64,000 bases of DNA, from positions 15,500,001 to 15,564,000 of the forward strand of contig OZ024740.1 in NCBI GenBank assembly GCA_964016885.1, in the 5' to 3' direction. Of this stretch, positions 37,201 through 52,200 are shown in pieces. The stretch comes from Eledone cirrhosa (Eukaryota). The stretch's first letter is position 1; every line of letters starts with the position of its first letter. The position numbers were made by a program, and so were the translations under genes. The notes beneath the pieces are model-generated. The model did not search any database. It saw only the letters and a program-made list of their open reading frames with translations, and was not told the DNA's origin.

Positions 37201-40200
37201 TATTACAGTAGTTCCCAGCCCATGTATGTCTATATAATACAATAGTTCCCAGCCCAGGTATGTCTATATAATACAGTAGTTTCCAGCCCAGGTATGTCTA
37301 TATTATATATTACAGTAGTTCCCAGCCCAGGTAAGTCTATATAATACAGCAATTCCCAGCCCAGGTATGTCTATATTATATAATACAGTAGTTCCCAGCC
37401 CAGTTATGTCTATATAATACAGTAGTTCCCAACCCAGGTATGTCTATATATTACAGTAGTTCCCAGTCCATGTATGTCTATATAATGCAGTAGTTCCCAG
37501 CCCAGGTATGTCTATATAATACAGTAGTTCCCAGCCCAGGTATGTCTATATAATACAGTAGTTCCCAGCCCAGGTATGTATATATAATACAGTAGTTTCA
37601 AGCCCAGGTATGTCTATATTATATAATACAGCAGTTCCCAGCCAGGTATGTCTATATAATACAGTAGTTCCCATCACAGGTATGTCTATATAATACAGTA
37701 GTTATCAGCCCAGGTATGTCTATATTATATAATACAGTAGTTCCCAGCCCAAGTATGTCTATATAATACAGTAGTTCCCAGCCCAGGTATGTCTATATAA
37801 TACAGTAGTTGCCAGCCCAGGTATGTCTATATAATACAGTAGTTCCCAGCCCAGGTATGTCTATGTTATATAATACAGTAGTTCCCAGCCCAGGTATGTC
37901 TATATAATACAGCAGTTCCCAGCCCAGGTATGTCTATATAACATAATACAGTAGTTCCCAGCCCAGGTATGTCTATATAATACGGTAGTTCCCAACCCAG
38001 GTATGTCTATATAATACAGTAGTTTCCAGCCCAGCTATGTCTATATAATACAGTAGTTCCCAGCCCAGGTATGTCTATATAATACAGTAGTTCCTAGCCC
38101 AGGTATGTCTATATAATACAGTAGTTTCCAGCCCAGGTATGTCTATATTATATAATACAGTAGATCCCAGCCCAGGTATGTCTTTATAATACAGTAGTTT
38201 CCAGCCCAGGTATGTCTATATAATGCAGTAGTTCCCAGCCCAGGTATGTCTATATAATACAGTAGTTCCTAGCCCAGGTATGTCTATATAATACAGTAGT
38301 TTCCAGCCCAGGTATGTCTATATTATATAATACAGTAGTTCCCATCCCATGTATGTCTATATTATATAATACAGTAGTTCCCAGCCCAGGTATGTCTATA
38401 TAATACAGTAGTTCCCAGCCCAGGTATGTCTATATAATACAGTAGTTCCCAGCCCAGGTATGTCTATATTATATAATACAGTAGTTCCCAGCCCAGGTAT
38501 GTCTATATAATACAGTAGTTCCCAGCCCAGGTATGTCTATATAATACAGTAGTTCCCAGCCCAGGTATGTCAATATAATACAGTAGTTCCCAGCCCAGGT
38601 ATGTCTATATAATACAGTAGTTTCCAACCCAGGTATGTCTATATAATACAGTAGTTCCCAGCCCAGGTATGTCTACATAATACAGTAGTTCCCAGCCCAG
38701 GTATGTCTACATAATACAGTAGTTCCCAGCCCAGGTATGTCTATATAATACAGTAGTTCCCAGCCCAGGTATGTCTATATTATATAATACAGTAGTTCCC
38801 AGCCCAGGTATGTCTATATAATACAGTAGTTCCCAGCCCAGGTATGTCTATATTATATAATACAGTAGTTCCCAGCCCAGGTATGTCTATATTATATAAT
38901 ACAGTAGTTCCCAGCCCAGGTATGTCTATATAATACAGTAGTTCCCAGCCCAGGTATGTCTATATTATATAATACAGTAGTTCCCAGCCCAGGTATGTCT
39001 ATATTATATAATACAGTAGTTCCCAGCCCAGGTATGTCTATATAATACAGTAGTTCCCAGCCCAGGTATGTCTATATTATATAATACAGTAGTTCCCAGC
39101 CCAGGTATGTCTATGTAATACAGTAGTTCCCAGCCCAGGTATGTCTATATTATATAATACAGTAGTTCCCAGCCCAGGTATGTCTACATAATACAGTAGT
39201 TTCCAACCCAGGTATGTCTATATAATACAGTAGTTCCCAGCCCAGGTATGTCTACATAATACAGTTGTTCCCAGCCCAGGTATGTCTATATAATACAGTA
39301 GTTCCCAGCCCAGGTATGTCTATATTATATAATACAGTAGTTCCCAGCCCAGGTATGTCTATATAATACAGTAGTTCCCAGCCCAGGTATGTCTATATTA
39401 TATAATACAGTAGTTCCCAGCCCAGGTATGTCTATATTATATAATACAGTAGTTCCCAGCCCAGGTATGTCTATATAATACAGTAGTTCCCAGCCCAGGT
39501 ATGTCTATATTATATAATACAGTAGTTCCCAGCCCAGGTATGTCTATATTATATAATACAGTAGTTCCCATCCCAGGTATGTCTATATTATATAATACAA
39601 TAGTTCCTAGCCCAGGTATGTCTATATTATATAATACAGTAGTTCCCAGCCCAGGTATGTCTATATAATACAGTAGTTCCCAGTCCAGGTATGTCTATAT
39701 AATACAGTAGTTCCCAGTCCAGGTATGTCTATATAATACAGTAGTTCCCAGCCCAGGTATGTCTATATTATATAATAAAGTAGTTCCCAGCCCAGGTATG
39801 TCTATATAATACAGTAGTTCCCAGCCCAGGTATGTCTATATAATACAGTAGTTCCCATCCCAGGTATGTCTATATTATATAATACAGTAGTTCCCAGCCC
39901 AGGTATGTCTATATAATACAGTAGTTCCCAGCCCAGGTATGTCTATATTATATAATACAGTAGTTCCCAGCCGAGGTATGTCTATATAATACAGTAATTC
40001 CCAGCCCAGGTATGTCTATATAATACAGTAGTTCCCAGCCCAGGTATGTCTATATAATACAGTAGTTCCCAGCCAGGTATGTCTATATAATACAGTAGTT
40101 CCCAGCCCAGGTATGTCTATATTATATAATACAGTAGTTCCCAGCCGAGGTATGTCTATATAATACAGTAGTTCCCAGCCCAGGTATGTCTATATAATAC

Positions 40201-43200
40201 AGTAGTTCCCAGCCAGGTATGTCTATATAATACAGTAGTTCCCAGCCCAGGTATGTCTATATTATATAATACAGTAGTTCCCAGCCCAGGTATGTATATA
40301 TAATACAGTAGTTTCAAGCCCAGGTATGTCTATATTATATAATACAGTAGTTCCCAGCCAGGTATGTCTATATAATACAGTAGTTCCCAGCCCAGGTATG
40401 TCTATATAATACAGTAGTTCCCATCCCAGGTATGTCTATATAATACAGTAGTTCCCAGCCCAGGTATGTCTATATTATATAATATAGTAGTTCCCAGCCC
40501 AGGTATGTCTATATAATACAGTAGTTCCCAGCCCAGGTATGTCTATATAATACAGTAGTTCCCAGCCCAGGTATGTCTATATTATACAGTAGTTCCATGC
40601 CAAGGTATGTCTATATAATACAGTAGTTCCATGCCAAGGTATGTCTATATAATACAGTAGTTCCCAGCCCAGGTATGTCTATATTATATAATATAGTAGT
40701 TCCATGCCAAGGTATGTCTATATAATACAGTAGTTCCCAGCCAAGGTATGTCTATATAATACAGTAGTTCCCAGCCCAGGTATGTCTATATAATACAGTA
40801 GTTCCCAGCCCAGGTATGTCTATATAATACAGTAGTTCCCAGCCCAGGTATGTCTATATAATACAGTAGTTCCCAGCCCAGGTATGTCTATATAATACAG
40901 TAGTTCCCAGCCCTGGTATGTCTATATAATACAGTAGTTCCCAGCCAGGTATGTCTATATAATACAGTAGTTCCCAGCCCTGGTATGTCTATATTATATA
41001 ATGCAGTAGTTCCCAGCCCAGGTATGTCTATATTATATAATGCAGTAGTTCCCAGCCCTGGTATGTCTATATAATACAGTAGTTCCCAGCCAGGTATGTC
41101 TATATAATACAGTAGTTCCCAGCCCAGGTATGTCTATATTATATAATACAGTAGTTCCCAGCCAGGTATGTCTATATAATACAGTAGTTCCCAGCCCAGG
41201 TATGTCTATATAATACAGTAGTTCCCAGCCCAGGTATGTCTATATAATACAGTAGTTCCCAGCCCTGGTATGTCTATATTATATAATACAGTAGTTCCCA
41301 GCCCAGGTATGTCTATATAATACAGTAGTTCCCAGCCCTGGTATGTCTATATTATATAATACAGTAGTTCCCAGCCCAGGTATGTCTATATAATACAGTA
41401 GTTCCCAGCCCTGGTATGTCTATATTATATAATACAGTAGTTCCCAGCCCAGGTATGTCTATATAATACAGTAGTTCCCAGCCCTGGTATGTCTATATTA
41501 TATAATACAGTAGTTCCCAGCCCAGGTATGTCTATATAATACAGTAGTTCCCAGCCCTGGTATGTCTATATTATATAATACAGTAGTTCCCAGCCCAGGT
41601 ATGTCTATATAATACAGTAGTTCCCAGCCCAGGTATGTCTATATTATATAATACAGTAGTTCCCAGCCAGGTATGTCTATATAATACAGTAGTTCCCAGC
41701 CCAGGTATGTCTATATAATACAGTAGTTCCCAGCCCAGGTATGTCTATATAATACAGTAGTTCCCATCCCAGCTATGTCTATATAATGCAGTAGTTCCCA
41801 GCCCAGGTATGTCTATATTATATAATATAGTAGTTCCATGCCAAGGTATGTCTATATAAGACAGTAGTTCCCAGCCCAGGTATGTCTATATATTACAGTT
41901 GTTCCCAGCCCAGGTATGTCTATATAATACAGTAGTTCCCAGCCCTGGTATGTCTATATTATATAATACAGTAGTTCCCAGCCCAGGTATGTCTATATAA
42001 TACAGTATTTCCCAGCCCAGGTATGTCTATATAATACAGTAGTTCCCAGCCCAGGTATGTCTATATTATATAATATAGTAGTTCCATGCCAAGGTATGTC
42101 TATATAATACAGTAGTTCCCAGCCCAGGTATGTCTATATTATATAATACAGTAGTTCCCAGCCCAGGTATGTCTATATAATACAGTAGTTCCCAGCCCAG
42201 GTATGTCTATATTATATAATACAGTAGTTCCCAGCCGAGGTATGTCTATATAATACAGTAGTTCCCAGCCCAGGTATGTCTATATAATACAGTATTTCCC
42301 AGCCCAGGTATGTCTATATAATACAGTAGTTCCCAGCCCAGGTATGTCTATATTATATAATATAGTAGTTCCATGCCAAGGTATGTCTATATAATACAGT
42401 AGTTCCCAGCCCAGGTATGTCTATATTATATAATACAGTAGTTCCCAGCCCAGGTATGTCTATAATACAGTAGTTCCCAGCCCAGGTATGTCTATATAAT
42501 ACAGTAGTTCCCAGCCCAGGTATGTCTATAGAATACAGTAGTTCCCAGCCCAGGTATGTCTATATTATATAATATAGTAGTTCCCAGCCCAGGTATGTCT
42601 ATATAATACAGTAGTTCCCAGCCCAGGTATGTCTATATAATACAGTAGTTCCCAGCCCAGGTATGTCTATATTATATAATATAGTAGTTCCATGCCAAGG
42701 TATGTCTATATAATACAGTAGTTCCCAGCCCAGGTATGTCTATATAATACAGTAGTTCCCAGCCCAGGTATGTCTATATAATACAGTAGTTCCCAGCCCA
42801 GGTATGTCTATATAATACAGTAGTTCCCAGCCCAGGTATGTCTATATAATACAGTAGTTCCCAGCCCTGGTATGTCTATATTATATAATACAGTAGTTCC
42901 CAGCCAGGTATGTCTATATAATACAGTAGTTCCCAGCCCAGGTATGTCTATATAATACAGTAGTTCCCAGCCCAGGTATGTCTATATAATACAGTAGTTC
43001 CCATCCCAGCTATGTCTATATAATACAGTATTTCCCAGCCCAGGTATGTCTATATAATACAGTAGTTCCCAGCCCAGGTATGTCTATATTATATAATATA
43101 GTAGTTCCATGCCAAGGTATGTCTATATAAGACAGTAGTTCCCAGCCCAGGTATGTCTATATATTACAGTAGTTCCCAGCCCAGGTATGTCTATATAATA

Positions 43201-46200
43201 TAGTAGTTCCATGCCAATGTATGTCTAAATAATACAGTAGTTCCCAGCCCAGGTATGTCTATATAATACAGTAGTTCCCAGCCCAGGTATGTCTATATAA
43301 TACAGTAGTTCCCTGCCCAGGTACGTCTATATAATACAGTATTTCCCAGCCCAGGTATGTCTATATGATACAGTAGTTCCCAGCCAAGGTATGTCTATAT
43401 AATACAGTAGTTCCCAGCCCAGGTATGTCTATATAATACAGTAGTTCCCATCCCAGGTATGTCTATATAATACAGTAGTTCCCAGCCCTGGTATGACTAT
43501 ATAATACTGTAGTTCCCAGCCCAGGTATGTCTATATAATTCAGTAGTTCCCAGCCCAGGTATGTCTATATAATACAGTAGTTTCCAGCCCAGGTATGTCT
43601 ATATTATATATTACAGTAGTTCCCAGCCCAGGTATGTCTATATAATACAGTTGTTCCCAGCCCAGGTATGTCTATATTATATAGTAGAGTAGTTCCCAGC
43701 CCATGTATGTATATATAATACAATAGTTCCCAGCCCAGGTAAGTCTATATAATACAGCAATTCCCAGCACAGGTATGTCTATATTATATAATACAGTACT
43801 TCCCAGCCCAGTTATGTCTATATAATATAATACAGTAGTTCCCAGCCCAGATATGTCTATATTATATAATACAGTAGTTCCCAGCCCAGGTATGTATATA
43901 TAATACAGTAGTTTCAAGCCCAGGTATGTCTATATTATATAATACAGTAGTTCCCAGCCAGGTATGTCTATATAATACAGTAGTTCCCAGCCCAGGTATG
44001 TCTATATAATACAGTAGTTCCCAGCCCAGGTATGTCTATATAATACAGTAGTTGCCAGCCGAGGTATGTCTATATAATACAGTAGTTCCCAGCCCAGGTA
44101 TGTCTATGTTATATAATACAGTAGTTCCCAGCCCAGGTATGTCTATGTTATATAATACAGTAATTACCAGCCCAGGTATGTCTATATAATACAGCAGTTC
44201 CCAGCCCAGGTATGTCTATATAACATAATACAGTAGTTCCCAACCCAGGTATGTCTATATAATACAGTAGTTTCCAGTCCAGCTATGTCTATATAATACA
44301 GTAGTTCCCAGTCCAGGTATGTCTATATAATACAGTAGTTACCAGCCCAGGTATGTCTATATAATACAGTAGTTCCCAGCCCAGGTATGTCTATATAATA
44401 CAGTAGTTTCCAGCCCAGGTATGTCTATATTATATAATACAGTAGTTCCCAGCCCAGGTATGTCTTTATAATACAGTAGTTTCCAGCCCAGGTATGTCTA
44501 TATTATATAATACAGTAGTTCCCAGCCCAGGTATGTCTATATAATGCAGTAGTTCCCAACCCAGGTATGTCTATATAATACAGTAGTTCCCATCCCAGGT
44601 ATGTCTATATAATACAGTAGTTCCCAGCCCTGTTATGTCTATATAATACAGTAGTTCCCAGCCCAGGTATGTCTATATATTACAGTAGTTCCCAACCCAG
44701 GTATGTCTATATAATACAGTAGTTCCCATCCCAGGTATGTCTATATAATACAGTAGTTCCCAGCCCAGGTATGTCTATATTATATAATACAGTAGTTCCA
44801 TGCCAAGGTATGTCTATATAATACAGTAGTTCCCAGCCCAGGTATGTCTATATTATATAATACAGTAGTTCCATGCCAAGGTATGTCTATATAATACAGT
44901 AGTTCCCAGCCCAGGTATGTCTATATTATATAATACAGTAGTTCCCAGCCCAGGTATGTCTATATAATATAGTAGTTCCCAGCCCAGGTATGTCTATATA
45001 ATACAGTAGTTCCCAGCCCAGGTATGTCTATATTATATAATACAGTAGTTCCCAGCCCAGGTATGTCTATATAATACAGTAGTTCCCATCCCAGGTATGT
45101 CTATATTATATAATATAGTAGTTCCATGCCAAGGTATGTCTATATAATACAGTAGTTCCCAGCCCAGGTATGTCTATATAATACAGTAGTTCCCAGCCCA
45201 GGTATGTCTATATTATATAATATAGTAGTTCCATGCCAAGGTATGTCTATATAATACAGTAGTTCCCAGCCCAGGTATGTCTATATATTACAGTAGTTCC
45301 CAGCCCAGGAATGTCTATATAATACAGTAGTTCCCAGCCCAGGTATGTCTATGTATTACAGTTGTTCCCAGCCCAGGTATGTCTTTATAATACAGTAGTT
45401 CCCAGCCCAGGTATGTCTATATAATACAGTAGTTCCCAGCCCAGGTATGTCTATATTATATAATACAGTAGTTCCCAGCCCAGGTATGTCTATATAATAC
45501 AGTAGTTCCCATCCCAGGTATGTCTATATTATATAATACAGTAGTTCCCAGCCCAGGTATGTCTATATAATACAGTAGTTCCCAGCCCAGGTATGTCTAT
45601 ATAATATAAGTAGTTCCCAGCCCAGGTATGTCTATATAATACAGTAGTTCCCAGCCCAGGTATGTCTATATAATACAGTAGTTCCCAACCCAGGTATGTC
45701 TATATAATACAGTAGTTCCCAGCCCAGGCATGTCTATATAATACAGTAGTTCCCAGCCCAGGTATGTCTATATAATACAGTAGTTCCCAGCCCAGGTATG
45801 TCTATATATTACAGTAGTTCCCAGCCCAGGTATGTCTATATAATACAGTAGTTCCCAGCCCAGGTATGTCTATATATTACAGTAGTTCCCAGCCCAGGTA
45901 TGTCTATATATTACAGTAGTTCCCAGCCCAGGTATGTCTATATAATACAGTAGTTCCCAGCCCAGGTATGTCTATATAATATAGTAGTTCCCAGCCCAGG
46001 TATGTCTATATAGTACAGTAGTTCCCATCCAAGGTATGTCTATATAATACAGTAGTTCCCAGTCCAGGTATGTCTATATTCTATAATACAGTAGTTCCCA
46101 GCCCAGGTATGTCTATATTATATAATACAGTAGTTCCCAGCCCAGGCATGTCTATATAATACAGTAGTTTCCAGTCCAGGTATGTCTATATTCTATAATA

Positions 46201-49200
46201 CAGTAGTTCCCAGCCCAGGCATGTCTATATAATATAGTAGTTCCCAGCCCAGGTATGTCTATATTATATAATACAGTAGTTCCCAGCCCAGGTATGTCTA
46301 TATAATACAGTATTTCCCATCCAAGGTATGTCTATATAATACAGTAGTTCCCAGCCCAGGTATGTCTATATAATATAATACAGTAGTTCCCAGCCCAGGT
46401 ATGTCTATATAATACAGTAGTTCCCAGCCCAGGTATGTCTATATAATACAGTAGTTCCCATCCCAGGTATGTCTATATAATACAGTAGTTCCCAGCCTAG
46501 GTATATCTATATTATATAATAAAGTAGTTGCCAGCCCAGGTATGTCTATATAATACAGTAGTTCCCAGCCCAGGTATGTCTATATTATATAATACAGTAG
46601 TTCCATGCCAAGGTATGTCTATATAATACAGTAGTTCCCAGCCCAGGTATGTCTATATTATATAATACAGTAGTTCCCAGCCCAGGTATGTCTATATAAT
46701 ATAGTAGTTCCCAGCCCAGGTATGTCTATATAATACAGTAGTTCCCAGCCCAGGTATGTCTATATTATATAATACAGTAGTTCCCAGCCCAGGTATGTCT
46801 ATATAATACAGTAGTTCCCATCCCAGGTATGTCTATATTATATAATATAGTAGTTCCATGCCAAGGTATGTCTATATAATACAGTAGTTCCCAGCCCAGG
46901 TATGTCTATATAATACAGTAGTTCCCAGCCCAGGTATGTCTATATTATATAATATAGTAGTTCCATGCCAAGGTATGTCTATATAATACAGTAGTTCCCA
47001 GCCCAGGTATGTCTATATATTACAGTAGTTCCCAGCCCAGGAATGTCTATATAATACAGTAGTTCCCAGCCCAGGTATGTCTATGTATTACAGTAGTTCC
47101 CAGCCCAGGTATGTCTTTATAATACAGTAGTTCCCAGCCCAGGTATGTCTATATAATACAGTAGTTCCCAGCCCAGGTATGTCTTTATAATACAGTAGTT
47201 CCCAGCCCAGGTATGTCTATATAATACAGTAGTTCCCAGCCCAGGTATGTCTATATTATATAATACAGTAGTTCCCAGCCCAGGTATGTCTATATAATAC
47301 AGTAGTTCCCATCCCAGGTATGTCTATATTATATAATACAGTAGTTCCCAGCCCAGGTATGTCTATATAATACAGTAGTTCCCAGCCCAGGTATGTCTAT
47401 ATAATATAAGTAGTTCCCAGCCCAGGTATGTCTATATAATACAGTAGTTCCCAGCCCAGGTATGTCTATATAATACAGTAGTTCCCAACCCAGGTATGTC
47501 TATATAATACAGTAGTTCCCAGCCCAGGCATGTCTATATAGTACAGTAGTTCCCAGCCCAGGTATGTCTATATAATACAGTAGTTCCCAGCCCAGGTATG
47601 TCTATATATTACAGTAGTTCCCAGCCCAGGTATGTCTATATAATACAGTAGTTCCCAGCCCAGGTATGTCTATATATTACAGTAGTTCCCAGCCCAGGTA
47701 TGTCTATATATTACAGTAGTTCCCAGCCCAGGTATGTCTATATAATACAGTAGTTCCCAGCCCAGGTATGTCTATATAATATAGTAGTTCCCAGCCCAGG
47801 TATGTCTATATACTACAGTAGTTCCCATCCAAGGTATGTCTATATAATACAGTAGTTCCCAGTCCAGGTATGTCTATATTCTATAATACAGTAGTTCCCA
47901 GCCCAGGTATGTCTATATTATATAATACAGTAGTTCCCAGCCCAGGCATGTCTATATAATACAGTAGTTTCCAGTCCAGGTATGTCTATATTCTATAATA
48001 CAGTAGTTCCCAGCCCAGGCATGTCTATATAATATAGTAGTTCCCAGCCCAGGTATGTCTATATTATATAATACAGTAGTTCCCAGCCCAGGTATATCTA
48101 TATAATACAGTATTTCCCATCCAAGGTATGTCTATATAATACAGTAGTTCCCAGCCCAGGTATGTCTATATAATATAATACAGTAGTTCCCAGCCCAGGT
48201 ATGTCTATATAATACAGTAGTTCCCAGCCCAGGTATGTCTATATAATACAGTAGTTCCCATCCCAGGTATGTCTATATAATACAGTAGTTCCCAGCCTAG
48301 GTATATCTATATTATATAATAAAGTAGTTGCCAGCCCAGGTATGTCTATATAATACAGTAGTTCCCAGCCCAGGTATGTCTATATTATATAATACAGTAG
48401 TTCCCAGCCCAGGTATGTCTATATAATACAGTAGTTCCCAGCCCAGGTATGTCTATATAATACAGTAGTTCCCAGCCCAGGTATGTCTATATAATAGAGT
48501 AGTTCCCAGCCCAGGGAAGTCTATATAATACAGTAGTTCCCAGCCCTGGTATGTCTATTTTATATAATACAGTAGTTCCCAACCCAGGTATGTCTATATT
48601 ATATAATACAGTAGTTCCCAGCCCAGGTATATCTATATTATATAATACGGTAGTTCCCAGCCCAGGTATGTCTATATAATACAATAGTTCCCAGCCCAGA
48701 TATGTCTATATAATACAGTAGTTCCCAGCGCAGGGAAGTCTATATAATACAGTAGTTCCCAGCCCAGGTATGTCTATATTATATAATACAGTAGTTCCCA
48801 GCCCAGGTATGTCTATATAATACAGTAGTTCCCAGCCCAGGTATGTCTATATTATATAATACAGTAGTTCCCAGCCCAGGTATGTCTATATTATATAATA
48901 CAGTAGTTCTCAGCCCAGGTATGTCTATATTATATAATACAGTTGTTCCCAGCCCACGTATGTCTATATAATACAGTAGTTCCCATCCCAGGTATGTCTA
49001 TATAATACAGTAGTTCCCAGCCCAGGTATGTCTATATAATACAGTAGTTCCCAGCCCAGGTATGTCTATATAATACAGTAGTTCCCTGCCCAGGTACGTC
49101 TATATAATACAGTATTTCCCAGCCCAGGTATGTCTATATAATACAGTAGTTCCCAGCCCAGGTATGTCTATATAATACAGTAGTTCCCAGCCCAGGTATG

Positions 49201-52200
49201 TCTATATAATACTGTAGTTCCCAGCCCAGGTATGTCTATATAATTCAGTAGTTCCCAGCCCAGGTATGTCTATATAATACAGCAGTTCCCAGCCCAGGTA
49301 TGTCTATATTATATAATACAGTTGTTCCCAGCCCAGGTATGTCTATATTATATAGTAGAGTAGTTCCCAGCCCATGTATGTCTATATAATACAATAGTTC
49401 CCAGCCCAGGTATGTCTATATAATACAGTAGTTTCCAGCCCAGGTATGTCTATATTATATATTACAGTAGTTCCCAGCCCAGGTAAGTCTATATAATACA
49501 GCAATTCCCAGCCCAGGTATGTCTATATTATATAATACAGTAGTTCCCAGCCCAGGTATGTCTATATAATACAGTAGTTCCCAGCCCAGGTATGTCTATA
49601 TAATACAGTAGTTGCCAGCCCAGGTATGTCTATATAATACAGTAGTTCCCAGCCCAGGTATGTCTATGTTATATAATACAGTAGTTCCCAGCCCAGGTAT
49701 CTCTATATAATACAGTAGTTCCCATCCCAGGTATGTCTATATTATATAATACAGTAGTTCCCAGCCCAGGTATGTCTATATAATACAGTAGTTCCCAGCC
49801 CAGGTATGTCTATATAATACAGTAATTCCCAGCCCAGGTATGTCTATATAATACAGTAGTTCCCAGCCCAGGTATGTCTATATAATACAGTAGTTCCCAG
49901 CCAGGTATGTCTATATAATACAGTAGTTCCCAGCCCAGGTATGTCTATATTATATAATACAGTAGTTCCCAGCCGAGGTATGTCTATATAATACAGTAGT
50001 TCCCAGCCCAGGTATGTCTATATAATACAGTAGTTCCCAGCCCAGGTATGTCTATATAATACAGTAGTTCCCAGCCAGGTATGTCTATATAATACAGTAG
50101 TTCCCAGCCCAGGTATGTCTATATTATATAATACAGTAGTTCCCAGCCCAGGTATGTATATATAATACAGTAGTTTCAAGCCCAGGTATGTCTATATTAT
50201 ATAATACAGTAGTTCCCAGCCAGGTATGTCTATATAATACAGTAGTTCCCAGCCCAGGTATGTCTATATAATACAGTAGTTCCCATCCCAGGTATGTCTA
50301 TATAATACAGTAGTTCCCAGCCCAGGTATGTCTATATTATATAATATAGTAGTTCCCAGCCCAGGTATGTCTATATAATACAGTAGTTCCCAGCCCAGGT
50401 ATGTCTATATAATACAGTAGTTCCCAGCCCAGGTATGTCTATATAATACAGTAGTTCCATGCCAAGGTATGTCTATATAATACAGTAGTTCCATGCCAAG
50501 GTATGTCTATATAATACAGTAGTTCCCAGCCCAGGTATGTCTATATTATATAATATAGTAGTTCCATGCCAAGGTATGTCTATATAATACAGTAGTTCCC
50601 AGCCAAGGTATGTCTATATTATACAGTAGTTCCCAGCCCAGGTATGTCTATATAATACAGTAGTTCCCAGCCCAGGTATGTCTATATAATACAGTAGTTC
50701 CCAGCCCAGGTATGTCTATATAATACAGTAGTTCCCAGCCCAGGTATGTCTATATAATACAGTAGTTCCCAGCCCAGGTATGTCTATATAATACAGTAGT
50801 TCCCAGCCCTGGTATGTCTATATTATATAATACAGTAGTTCCCAGCCCAGGTATGTCTATATAATACAGTAGTTCCCAGCCCTGGTATGTCTATATTATA
50901 TAATACAGTAGTTCCCAGCCAGGTATGTCTATATAATACAGTAGTTCCCAGCCCAGGTATGTCTATATAATACAGTAGTTCCCAGCCCAGGTATGTCTAT
51001 ATAATACAGTAGTTCCCATCCCAGCTATGTCTATATAATGCAGTTGTTCCCAGCCCAGGTATGTCTATATTATATAATATAGTAGTTCCATGCCAAGGTA
51101 TGTCTATATAAGACAGTAGTTCCCAGCCCAGGTATGTCTATATATTACAGTAGTTCCCAGCCCAGGTATGTCTATATAATACAGTAGTTCCCAGCCCTGG
51201 TATGTCTATATTATATAATACAGTAGTTCCCAGCCCAGGTATGTCTATATAATACAGTATTTCCCAGCCCAGGTATGTCTATATAATACAGTAGTTCCCA
51301 GCCCAGGTATGTCTATATTATATAATATAGTATTTCCCAGCCCAGGTATGTCTATATAATACAGTAGTTCCCAGCCCAGGTATGTCTATATAATACAGTA
51401 TTTCCCAGCCCAGGTATGTCTATATAATACAGTAGTTCCCAGCCCAGGTATGTCTATATTATATAATACAGTATTTCCCAGCCCAGGTATGTCTATATAA
51501 TACAGTAGTTCCCAGCCCAGGTATGTCTATATTATATAATACAGTAGTTCCCAGCCCAGGTATGTCTATATAATACAGTAGTTCCCAGCCCAGGTATGTC
51601 TATATAATACAGTAGTTCCCAGCCCAGGTATGTCTATATTATATAATACAGTAGTTCCCAGCCGAGGTATGTCTATATAATACAGTAGTTCCCAGCCCAG
51701 GTATGTCTATATAATACAGTATTTCCCAGCCCAGGTATGTCTATATAATACAGTAGTTCCCAGCCCAGGTATGTCTATATTATATAATATAGTAGTTCCA
51801 TGCCAAGGTATGTCTATATAATACAGTAGTTCCCAGCCCAGGTATGTCTATATTATATAATACAGTAGTTCCCAGCCCAGGCATGTCTATAATACAGTAG
51901 TTCCCAGCCCAGGTATGTCTATATAATACAGTAGTTCCCAGCCAGGTATGTCTATATAATACAGTAGTTCCCAGCCCAGGTATGTCTATATAATACAGTA
52001 GTTCCCAGCCCAGGTATGTCTATATTATATAATATAGTAGTTCCCAGCCCAGGTATGTCTATATAATACAGTAGTTCCCAGCCCAGGTATGTCTATATAA
52101 TACAGTAGTTCCCAGCCCAGGTATGTCTATATAATACAGTAGTTCCCATCCCAGGTATGTCTATATAATACAGTAGTTCCCAGCCCAGGTATGTCTATAT

